From positions 18,346 to 82,345 of the forward strand of contig JBGSHK010000012.1 in NCBI GenBank assembly GCA_041752275.1: a stretch of DNA of 64,000 nt. Direction: 5' to 3'. How positions within the stretch are numbered: the stretch's first letter is position 1; each line of letters starts with the position of its first letter. Below are positions 31,272 to 40,059 of this stretch, in pieces. The position numbers were made by a program, and so were the translations under genes. The notes under the pieces are model-generated. The model was given only the letters and a program-made list of their open reading frames with translations, had not been told where the DNA came from and made no database searches. This stretch comes from Minisyncoccia bacterium. GTDB taxonomy: Bacteria; Patescibacteriota; Minisyncoccia; Phycocordibacterales; CAIZLB01.

Positions 31272-31788
31272 ATAGTAGACGCAAAGACCTCTTCCTTCAA
31301 ACCGTTAACATGGTTCGATCTTGGAAGAGGTCATTCAACAAATGTTGGCTTATATTCTATGGTCTCGCTTGTTTCCAAGCTAAGGTTAACTGATAACGTG
31401 TGTATAATAATTATAAACTTAATCAATTACATAAAGCAATTAAATATGATTCCATTCTTATACGATGTATTATTCAAGCTTACGCTCGAACATTCTTACG
31501 ACTGTGAGAGTTCCGCGAGCGGACTCTTGCATGTCGTTGATAACACTGGGACTAGCTCATCTGGGAAGATATAATGGTTAATATAAGTCAGGAACCATTG
31601 TTATATAGTTACCTATATAAGGTTACTTCTTAAAAGCTAGTAGCTTGATAATATCACATTATCTCCTAGAGAGCCATGCGTTACAATATATAAGGTTTCG
31701 CATATAAAATGAGACAAGATGGGACATATTTTCAGTATTCTGGATGTCTCACTTTAAAAGCTGATAATCCTTTGTTATCATTAAATAT

Positions 31789-32568
31789 ATGGGTAAATTC
31801 ACCGATAGCTATACAAAAATATTAGATTCGTACCACAAGGAAAGAAACACAGCGGTTTTCTATAAAACGCAGGGATTTAAAAAGCTCTGGAGGCTTGTTC
31901 AGGACCTTGTGCAAAAAGAAAGTTTTCAAAAATCTATTTTAAAGCTAAGAAAAGAATATCACATTCCAGCCAACGGTTTTGAAATAACAGAAAATCCTTC
32001 AACACATCCGCCAAGTGAATGGGAGTATTCAAATCCTTTTGGGGTAAAAATGAAAGAACTTGGAAGTATAAGGAAAAAGTTAATAAACTTATTTGTTGAT
32101 TACAGTCTACTGCCACAAGACTGGGTATCTGTTTTTGAGCAATACCTTTTTTATAACAAGTTATACCTACCTGTGAGTCCAAATTCGCACGATCTCTGTT
32201 TTGTAAGTGATTCTTTAACGAAAAAAGATTCGACAGGCAAGGATATATCGAAAGCAGAGATATCGACCTATCCCGTCACCTTACACATTAGTCCAGATGC
32301 CTCGAAACGTGACATTTTAGATTACGTAAAAAAGATTTTTAAAACTGAAATCGAACCAATGCAGAATACATACAAAAAGAAAAATTCTTCTGCTATTAAT
32401 TCCAGAAAGAGAAACCCTGTGATCCAACAAAGAAAAGAATTTATATATCAAAATCAAGATTGGTCACTGAAAGATATTCAGAAAGGACTTGAGAAAGAGA
32501 CTGGAGAAATCATAGATATTGGGCTTGTGGGAAAAATAAAGTCATTGGAAAATAAAAAAAGGGCTTAA
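31789..32568 (+). CDS. hypothetical protein (phage-like region)
   Basis: 259-aa ORF. No motif recognised. Confidence 0.45.
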   Translation: MGKFTDSYTKILDSYHKERNTAVFYKTQGFKKLWRLVQDLVQKESFQKSILKLRKEYHIPANGFEITENPSTHPPSEWEYSNPFGVKMKELGSIRKKLINLFVDYSLLPQDWVSVFEQYLFYNKLYLPVSPNSHDLCFVSDSLTKKDSTGKDISKAEISTYPVTLHISPDASKRDILDYVKKIFKTEIEPMQNTYKKKNSSAINSRKRNPVIQQRKEFIYQNQDWSLKDIQKGLEKETGEIIDIGLVGKIKSLENKKRA

Positions 32569-32649
32569 GTGTGGTCCACTTAATTCTTGTACTTATATAT
32601 AAATTTTTTATAAACTGGAATTATTATCAGTTATTTTGAAAATTTACAT

Positions 32650-33933
32650 ATGAAAAAACTTACATGGCATACCGAAAAAAGAATAGTTAGCAATCTTATT
32701 CCAAATGAGAAAAACCCTCGAAAAATTAGTGCAAAACAAATAGAAGACTTGAAAAAGAGCCTGAGGAAGTTTAACTTGGTTGAGATACCTGTTATTGATC
32801 AATCAAACAAAGTTATCGCAGGACACCAGCGTTTAATGGTTTTGAAGCTTCTCGGTCGAGAATTGGAAGAAATAGAAGTAAGGGTGCCCAATCGAAAACT
32901 TACGCAGAATGAGTATGATCAATACCTCATATCTTCAAATCGTATTCACGGAGAGTGGGATTGGGATATTCTCGGCAAGGAATTTGACTTAGATATACTT
33001 TCCATATCAGGTTTTGACGATATCGATCTCACTAAAATTGTTGATAACAGCTTTCGTGCAAAAGACGATGACTGGGACGATACAACAGAGTTGAAAAAAA
33101 TTAAATCTACCGAAATTAAGACAGGTAACATTTTTATGCTCGGTCGACATAGGCTAATTTGCGGGGATGCCACAGATAGGAATGTTGTCGATAAACTGAT
33201 GTCAGGTGCTAAAGCGAACATGATCAACCAAGATCCACCTTTTAACATTAAATTAGATTATAACAAAGGTGTTGGCGGAAAAAATACTAAAAAAGATTAC
33301 GGGGGCGAGGTCGATGACGGCAAGACGGATTCTGAATACTCTGAGTTCATACGAAAGATGATGGTTAACGCAATTTCGGTATCAAATAAAAATTGTCACG
33401 TGTTTTACTGGACAGACGAAAAGTACGTATGGCTTTTTCAAACTCTGTACAAAGAACTGGGGATAAATTCGAAACGTATCTGCCTTTGGATTAAGAACAA
33501 TGCGTCGCCCACTCCTCAGGTTGCTTTTAATAAGGTAACTGAATTTTGTGTGTATGGAACTATCGGTTCTCCATACCTGTCTAATAACGTTCAGAATCTG
33601 AATGAGATTATAAACCACGACACTACGACGGGAAATAATTTATTTGAAGAAATCAGCAACCATTTAAACGCATGGATGGTAAAAAGATTGCCAAGTAACC
33701 AGTATGAACATCCGACTCAAAAAAGTCCATTACTGCACAACAAGGCAATTCGCCGATGTACAAAAATAAATGACATAGTCCTTGACCTTACAGCAGGTTC
33801 AGGGAGCATTATGTCGGCATGTCACCAACTCAGACGGATTGCATACATGTGTGACCAGTCTCCTATATTTTGCCAGCTTATTATAAACAGATTCAAACAA
33901 ATCTCAAATGAAGAAGTTAAAAAAATCAACTAG
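32650..33933 (+). CDS. ParB-like nuclease domain fused to DNA N6-adenine/N4-cytosine methyltransferase
   Basis: N-terminal ParB box, central DPPF catalytic motif (NQDPPFNIK), C-terminal SAM motif I LDLTAGSGS (beta-class permutation). Confidence 0.8.
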   Translation: MKKLTWHTEKRIVSNLIPNEKNPRKISAKQIEDLKKSLRKFNLVEIPVIDQSNKVIAGHQRLMVLKLLGRELEEIEVRVPNRKLTQNEYDQYLISSNRIHGEWDWDILGKEFDLDILSISGFDDIDLTKIVDNSFRAKDDDWDDTTELKKIKSTEIKTGNIFMLGRHRLICGDATDRNVVDKLMSGAKANMINQDPPFNIKLDYNKGVGGKNTKKDYGGEVDDGKTDSEYSEFIRKMMVNAISVSNKNCHVFYWTDEKYVWLFQTLYKELGINSKRICLWIKNNASPTPQVAFNKVTEFCVYGTIGSPYLSNNVQNLNEIINHDTTTGNNLFEEISNHLNAWMVKRLPSNQYEHPTQKSPLLHNKAIRRCTKINDIVLDLTAGSGSIMSACHQLRRIAYMCDQSPIFCQLIINRFKQISNEEVKKIN

Positions 33934-34330
33934 CCAAATTAGGATTCAAAAAGAGAAATCAGCATTTCTGGAACAACTTAAACGCACGCCGATTATTCAG
34001 GTTGTCTGTGAAAAGATAAATATAGGGCGTGCAACCTTCTACCGTTGGAAATCCGATGATAGTATTTTTAGTCAGGCTGTCGAGGATGCTTTTTTAGAAG
34101 GACATCTTCTCGTGAATGATCTGGCAGAGTCGCAGCTAATCGGTGCGGTAAAAGACCGTAACCTATCCGCAATAACCTACTGGCTTAAGCACCACCACAA
34201 AGATTACAAAAATCGCATTGAAATTGAAGGAAATCTTAACACAATTCAAGAACTTTCGGCTGAACAAAAGGAGCTTGTACAAAAGGCACTTAGATTAGCA
34301 TCTTTAGATTTTAATCAACATGAAAAATAG
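33908..34330 (+). CDS. HTH protein, possible terminase small subunit
   Basis: Helix-turn-helix IGRATFYRWK. Sits directly upstream of the terminase large subunit and overlaps it. Confidence 0.45.
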   Translation: MKKLKKSTSQIRIQKEKSAFLEQLKRTPIIQVVCEKINIGRATFYRWKSDDSIFSQAVEDAFLEGHLLVNDLAESQLIGAVKDRNLSAITYWLKHHHKDYKNRIEIEGNLNTIQELSAEQKELVQKALRLASLDFNQHEK

Positions 34331-35792
34331 TGAAAATATTTTAGAGCAAGTAATGATGGATCGTGCAGTACGCCAAGCGGTTACCTGCAGGAGTCACATA
34401 ATGTTTTTCCATCTTTATTTTCCGCATTATGTTAAATATCCCATTGCCGAGTTCCAAAAGGAAATTTTTCAAATAACAGAAGACCAGTCAAATAAGCTTG
34501 CGTGCATTGTTGCGTTTCGAGGATCAGGAAAATCAACCCTGATCACATTATCATATTCGATATGGTCCATCTTGGGTATGCAACAAAAAAAGTTTGTACT
34601 TATTGTCTTTCAAACCCAATATCAAGCTAAACAGCAGATGATGAACATCAGACGCGAACTTGAGAGTAATAAAGTTCTAAGAAGTGACCTTGGTCCCTTT
34701 CAGGAAGATGTGGGTGGTGAATGGTCCTCTTTGTCCATAGTATTCAAAAACACAGGGGCAAGAATTATGATTGCGTCAATAGAGCAGAGTGTTCGAGGTG
34801 TTCGCCACAATGAACATCGTCCAGATCTTATTATATGTGACGATATCGAGGATTTAAACTCTTCACGCACACTCGAATCACGCAATAAAACATTTGACTG
34901 GTTTACACGCGAAATTGTTCCACTTGGAGACATTGCCACACGAATCATAATGATTGGAAACCTGCTACATGAGGACTCATTGATGATGAGACTTCGAAAA
35001 AAAATCGAATCGAAAGAGATGGAAGGTATTTTTAAATGGTTCCCACTTATTGCAAAAGACGGTCATTGCTTGTGGTCTGACAAATTTGACTCGCCAGCAA
35101 AAATAGAAAACCTTAGGCGAAGTGTCGCAAATGAGTTGGCTTGGCAACAGGAGTACTTGCTTAATATAATCTCCGATAACACTCGTGTAATATTTCCTGA
35201 GTGGATTCATACTTATTCAGACAGAGAATTGGTGCACATAAAACCAAACAGAATAATAATAGGTATTGACCTTGCTATTTCGCAGCAAAAAACGGCAGAC
35301 TACACTGCAATGGTTGCAATTAAGGTAATTGGTACAGGCATTTATAGAAAAATTTATGTTGTTCCAAATCCCATTAACAAGCGACTGACATTTCCTGATG
35401 TGATTACCAAAGTAAATGACCTCGAATTAGTTTTTAAGAGTCAAGGATCATACCCTGAATTTGTAATAGAATCTAATGGTTTCCAAGAAGTTTACCTGCA
35501 TCTCTTATGCAAAAAGATATCATCAATCAAAGGGGTAAAACATACAAACGATAAAAGATCTCGCCTTGCGATGGTAAGTACATTTATTCGTGAAGGTGTT
35601 ATAGTTTTTCCTGAATATGGGGCAAAGGATCTGATAACCCAACTGACAGGATTCGGAACTGAACATTACGACGATTTAGCAGATGCTTTTAGTATTGCGA
35701 TTATAGAGGTTTTAGGATCTATCGAGCATGAAAAAGATATGCAGTCTTGGAAAGACTGGGTAGAGAGTAATGGTGGCAGTTGTGCCATATAA
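34320..35792 (+). CDS. phage terminase large subunit
   Basis: Walker A FRGSGKST, Walker B LIICDDIEDL, C-terminal RNaseH-like nuclease region with acidic residues. 490 aa. Confidence 0.75.
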   Translation: MKNSENILEQVMMDRAVRQAVTCRSHIMFFHLYFPHYVKYPIAEFQKEIFQITEDQSNKLACIVAFRGSGKSTLITLSYSIWSILGMQQKKFVLIVFQTQYQAKQQMMNIRRELESNKVLRSDLGPFQEDVGGEWSSLSIVFKNTGARIMIASIEQSVRGVRHNEHRPDLIICDDIEDLNSSRTLESRNKTFDWFTREIVPLGDIATRIIMIGNLLHEDSLMMRLRKKIESKEMEGIFKWFPLIAKDGHCLWSDKFDSPAKIENLRRSVANELAWQQEYLLNIISDNTRVIFPEWIHTYSDRELVHIKPNRIIIGIDLAISQQKTADYTAMVAIKVIGTGIYRKIYVVPNPINKRLTFPDVITKVNDLELVFKSQGSYPEFVIESNGFQEVYLHLLCKKISSIKGVKHTNDKRSRLAMVSTFIREGVIVFPEYGAKDLITQLTGFGTEHYDDLADAFSIAIIEVLGSIEHEKDMQSWKDWVESNGGSCAI

Positions 35793-35804
35793 GATTCTGC
35801 GATA

Positions 35805-36434
35805 CTAGTTTAGCTTTGCCTTTGTAACGCAAACATTGTTGAGATTACCTTTTGCACCTTCTAGTCTTAAGAAATCACAAATTTTTGAAGAATCAAAGTT
35901 TTTCCAATTAATCTTTTGATAAGTTTCTTTGTCTATTGACTGAGACATTAAGACTTGGTTTTTTGTATTACCATAGTTGTCGGTAATATCGGCATAATAC
36001 CAAACTATAACATCATAAGCATTCGGATTTGATGAAAATGTTTCTTGGAATATCTTTCCTGTAAGCTCACCTGTATTTCGATAAAAAGAATCTGAACTCA
36101 AGAAGCTTGATACGTTAAGTTTTACAACTATCATACGAGATCCTTGAGGTCTATTACTGTCGGCTTTGGTATCTTCGATAGAATTGAATGAAATTTTTGT
36201 GACCCCTATTTTATTTGTTAATTCCCTAATCCTACCTTCAAAAGTTTGTGAGGTTGTAGCCATCGCCAAATGGTCAACCTCATTGTTTTTAACTGGCTCT
36301 TTCTTTGAAACTCCAATGCTTACAGAAAATATTATTATTAATATAATAACTACCGCCGTTGCGACTGGATGATTTTTAATCTGTTCCGTTGCTTTTTCGG
36401 CACGAGCTGTGCCTGTTGATTTATTTGAATTCAT
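35805..36434 (-). CDS. hypothetical membrane-anchored protein
   Basis: N-terminal TM helix. 209 aa. Confidence 0.4.
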   Translation of the reverse strand: MNSNKSTGTARAEKATEQIKNHPVATAVVIILIIIFSVSIGVSKKEPVKNNEVDHLAMATTSQTFEGRIRELTNKIGVTKISFNSIEDTKADSNRPQGSRMIVVKLNVSSFLSSDSFYRNTGELTGKIFQETFSSNPNAYDVIVWYYADITDNYGNTKNQVLMSQSIDKETYQKINWKNFDSSKICDFLRLEGAKGNLNNVCVTKAKLN

Positions 36435-36785
36435 AATTTTGCTTGATCGTCTTAAAATTATTTGATAATAATGATGTGTTTTCTGTTGTATACAAAAAGC
36501 CCATCACGGGTAAGGACCGAGGTCCTTCGTACCAGTTTCCCGATACGGCGATCAAGCAAAACCCCATGACGGGTTCTTTACACTTGATCGACTTTAGACC
36601 ATATCCTTTAACTTATATTAAAGGGGTTAGGTCACAATTTGGTTGTAATTCCATAATACTTTATTTGAAAGTATTAGTCTATATTGTATCGCAGAATATG
36701 GCTTTTGCTAAGCCATAACGACCATGTAATAAAACTGTTGTTTTGCATAGCTATGCACCATGGGTGGATGCGACATTATTAATAT

Positions 36786-38069
36786 ATGACCGACATAGAA
36801 CAAACAGATCTAAAATATTGTCTATATGCACGTAAATCGACTGAGGGTGATGAAAAACAAGCCCTCTCTATAGATTCACAGATCAAGGAAATGTTACAAA
36901 TTGCGGAACGTGAAAATATAAAAATTGTTGAGATTAGGAAAGAATCTCATTCGGCAAAAGAATCAAGCCAAAGACCTGTATTTGAAGAAATAGTTAAAGA
37001 TATAGATGGTGGTATTTTCAATTCAATCATAACTTGGGCACCTGATAGACTTTCTCGTAATGCGGGTGATCTTGGAAAATTAGTAGACAGGATGGATCAA
37101 AAGAAACTAATACAGATCAAAACTTTTGGTCAAAATTTTACCAATTCACCAAGTGACAAGTTCCTGTTGATGATTTTATGTTCTCAGGCAAAGCTGGAGA
37201 ATGATAATAAGAGCATCAATGTGAAGCGTGGTATGAGAACACGATGTGAGATGGGTTTATGGCCTGCACAACCTCCTACAGGGTATAGGAAAGTAAATGA
37301 TATAAAAGCAAAATGTGAAGTTGAAATCGATCCTGATAGGTTCGATACTATACGTCAAATATTTGAAAAAATTTCATATGAAAAATGGAGTGTATCTAAG
37401 GTTCACGCATGGTTACGATATGAAATTAACTTCAGAACACAACGTGGCTTTCATTTGAGTATCGGTAATGTATTTAAAATAATTAATAATACATTTTATT
37501 ATGGTCGCTTTGAATTTCCACAAGGTGCGGGTATTTGGTATGAGGGTAGGCATAAACCAATAATCAGTAAAGAGTTATTTGATGAGACAAGAAATTCAGT
37601 CAAATCTCAGGTTATAAAATCACAAGGTAAAGAATTTGCTTTTACAAGAATTATGAAATGTGGAATTTGTGGATCTGGTATCACTGCTGATGAGAAGTTT
37701 AAAAAGATACAGAATGGCGGGGTTAATAGATATGTGTATTATCGATGCACAAAAGCAAAAGATAGAGGTTGTAACAATTCTGCAATAAATGAAGATAATC
37801 TTCTTAAAGAATTTCAAAAAATGGCAAATGTATTAGACCTTCATGAAGTACATTTGACTGAAAAATTAAATATAGAAATTAAGAAATTCAAAAAACTTCA
37901 AGCTATGTTTTTAGATATAGAAAATACAGTAGAAGTGCAGAAAGTAGATTTAAGGAATTATTTAAAATTTATCTTAAAAGATGGAACAATCTTGGAGAGA
38001 CGCTCCATACTTGATTGTATTAAAAATAGCTTAGTTTTAAAAAATGCAGTCCTCACTATTCAAGAATAA
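36786..38069 (+). CDS. large serine recombinase (resolvase/integrase family)
   Basis: N-terminal catalytic domain YARKSTEGDE...SIDSQ with the active-site Ser. Recombinase domain and zinc ribbon CGICGSG...YYRC. Confidence 0.85.
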   Translation: MTDIEQTDLKYCLYARKSTEGDEKQALSIDSQIKEMLQIAERENIKIVEIRKESHSAKESSQRPVFEEIVKDIDGGIFNSIITWAPDRLSRNAGDLGKLVDRMDQKKLIQIKTFGQNFTNSPSDKFLLMILCSQAKLENDNKSINVKRGMRTRCEMGLWPAQPPTGYRKVNDIKAKCEVEIDPDRFDTIRQIFEKISYEKWSVSKVHAWLRYEINFRTQRGFHLSIGNVFKIINNTFYYGRFEFPQGAGIWYEGRHKPIISKELFDETRNSVKSQVIKSQGKEFAFTRIMKCGICGSGITADEKFKKIQNGGVNRYVYYRCTKAKDRGCNNSAINEDNLLKEFQKMANVLDLHEVHLTEKLNIEIKKFKKLQAMFLDIENTVEVQKVDLRNYLKFILKDGTILERRSILDCIKNSLVLKNAVLTIQE

Positions 38070-38107
38070 AATAACTTATTAGTATTTCATTCTTGAAATC
38101 CATAAAA

Positions 38108-39073
38108 TTATTCTTGCATATTCTGTACACAGCTTATAATCCAGCCCTCATTCTTTTTTCTTAAAGTTATCATCATTTTATCAGATACTTTTTCTTGATT
38201 TTCTAAAATCATTTGACCTATCAAATGTACATAGCCCCAATCTCCAGTTACATCTATGTGTGTGATATTATTATCTCCTTCAAATTTTATTTTATCAAAA
38301 TTATCTTTTAAATCTTCTTTAATAAAATTTTTATCTTCATAAAATATAAATAAAACATTATCAGTTGTTATGGACTCTATTTTTTCAACATCTTTTCTTG
38401 ATACAGATTCAAAAAAAGCATTTACTATTTCTTTTATAGTTTTTTTATCTTCTACAGTCATTTTAGGTAACACAACATAGTTATGATCAGTAAGCTCTGC
38501 AATAGAATCAACCTCACTTTCGCCATTCTCCTTATAATAATGTTTTAACATGTCTATATTAGATTTTGGCATATTGAAATACACACCTTTTTCACTGTGG
38601 TTTAGAATTAAAAACTGAGCATCGTCGCTTAATTGTTGTATATATTGATGTATCAGCACTATATATGAATCGATTTTTACAACCTTATCCAAAACATCAT
38701 CTCTATATGTTTGACAATCATCCAGTACAAGATATGTATTTTCAGATAGCTTATTTGTTTCTATGGTTGAAAGTATAAATTTATTGGCAAGTTTATTTGC
38801 TTCATCTTCACCTATGTTTTTTCTATCAAAAACAATATGAAGATTTTTATTTTCAATATCTGTATTTTCTATATCATCTTCATTTTTTATATATACTTTT
38901 TCTAATAAATCTGAATCCACAATCATATCATCATAAACCGAAAGATATATAACATTTTTACCACTTTTAATAATTTCCTCGATTTGATTTTTTACAAAAT
39001 AGGTTTTTCCTGTGCCAGTATTACCTATTATGTGAGTAAGCTTACTGTTTAATAGTGATTGATTTGTTTGCAT
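38108..39073 (-). CDS. P-loop NTPase fused to a C-terminal NTF2-like (SnoaL/DUF4440-like) domain
   Basis: Walker A GNTGTGKT and Walker B LVLDDCQ (Zot/phage-ATPase-like). C-terminal alpha+beta cone signature ...ITHIDVTGDWGYVHL...EGWIIS. Confidence 0.55.
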   Translation of the reverse strand: MQTNQSLLNSKLTHIIGNTGTGKTYFVKNQIEEIIKSGKNVIYLSVYDDMIVDSDLLEKVYIKNEDDIENTDIENKNLHIVFDRKNIGEDEANKLANKFILSTIETNKLSENTYLVLDDCQTYRDDVLDKVVKIDSYIVLIHQYIQQLSDDAQFLILNHSEKGVYFNMPKSNIDMLKHYYKENGESEVDSIAELTDHNYVVLPKMTVEDKKTIKEIVNAFFESVSRKDVEKIESITTDNVLFIFYEDKNFIKEDLKDNFDKIKFEGDNNITHIDVTGDWGYVHLIGQMILENQEKVSDKMMITLRKKNEGWIISCVQNMQE

Positions 39074-39084
39074 GTATTTATTAT

Positions 39085-39092
39085 AACATTTT
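39085..39092 (-). promoter_or_regulatory. C8/G8 homopolymer tract in the promoter spacer of the ATPase-NTF2 gene
   Basis: CCCCCCCC, unique in this AT-rich window, 12-19 nt upstream of the ATG and next to an extended -10 TGTTATAAT on the minus strand. Confidence 0.5.
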
Positions 39093-39128
39093 TACCCCCC
39101 CCACAAGTAAAAATTATATATAATCAAA

Positions 39129-39344
39129 TTAACTATTAAAAAATACCCCTTTCAAAAATTCTGTAAACGCATTCATTTCTTCTTGAAATTTATATAGTCT
39201 TTCAGAAACCTTTTCTGCATCAGTATCTTTCTCTTGTATTTCAGTCCCGCGACTCTCTAACCTCATGTTTCCTAAATGGCGTCGAACGATTAGAACCAAT
39301 TTAGATTCATTATCAGCATCCCTATTTTCATAAAATAATTTCAA
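39129..39344 (-). CDS. hypothetical small protein
   Basis: 71-aa ORF co-oriented with its neighbours. Confidence 0.3.
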   Translation of the reverse strand: MKLFYENRDADNESKLVLIVRRHLGNMRLESRGTEIQEKDTDAEKVSERLYKFQEEMNAFTEFLKGVFFNS

Positions 39345-39377
39345 TAAATCCTCTATTTTCTGTTGTTGTTTTGCGTT

Positions 39378-39833
39378 TTAAGATTTAATCATTTCGGTCA
39401 AATCTGTTATTTCTTGGCTTTTAGGATAAGGAAAACTGCCAAGTTTTTTCTCCAACTCTCTAACCCTTTTATTAAGCTTTTTCTCTTCATTTTTGTCTTC
39501 AGTTTTTTGAATCTCAGTCCATAACCTCTGGATTTCTTTGAATATATCTTTCTCCTCATCAGTTTTCAGGTCCTCAATTTTTTGCTCTCTTTGTTTATTT
39601 AAAATAATTGCTTCAGGTGATTTTATATCTATATAAGTAACAGGGTATCTATCAATTTTACCTTCATGTGAAGATGTTGTGTTTATACCCAAAAGACGTA
39701 ATGCAATAACTGTATCTTTTATACCAGTATCTATTTCAAGTCCGAGTCTGTCGGTAATTCTATCAACAATTTCTTTTTCTTTTTGCCATAAAACCTGTTT
39801 TTGCTCGGATTCTGAGTTTGGTATTTTTTCCAT
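39378..39833 (-). CDS. hypothetical coiled-coil protein
   Basis: 151-aa ORF that is charged and helical. Confidence 0.4.
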   Translation of the reverse strand: MEKIPNSESEQKQVLWQKEKEIVDRITDRLGLEIDTGIKDTVIALRLLGINTTSSHEGKIDRYPVTYIDIKSPEAIILNKQREQKIEDLKTDEEKDIFKEIQRLWTEIQKTEDKNEEKKLNKRVRELEKKLGSFPYPKSQEITDLTEMIKS

Positions 39834-40059
39834 ATGGTAATTATATCAAATTAAGGTCATATTTCATAAATAGTATTTAGCGGTCGATTATGATATAATA
39901 TCCAAATGCATACAAATAATTCAAATAAACAAGCTTTATTAGAGAAACAAAAGTCTTTACTTGCTAGACAGAAAAAAGTCAAAGCTCAAAAAAAAATTTT
40001 GCTTTTGATAAAATTTTCTCGTGATACAGAAAAATTAAACGTAATAAAAACAAAATTAT

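Larger units (their letters stand above)
29985..38069. mobile_element. phage-like / integrative element remnant (RT, ParB-MTase, TerS-like, TerL, serine recombinase). No capsid genes in the window.
   Basis: A run of phage-type genes ends with a large serine recombinase. The region is bracketed by a tRNA-Glu gene at 41777 and a tRNA-Glu-like fragment at 29796. Confidence 0.5.

Noticed and set aside
29783-31790. Canonical group II intron around the RT
   Set aside because: Sizes of the flanking non-coding segments fit. But I could not find a domain V hairpin (AGC triad with GNRA loop) 3' of the ORF or a GUGYG 5' end; the nearest is GTGAG. It is kept as an alternative inside the RT finding rather than called as a feature.
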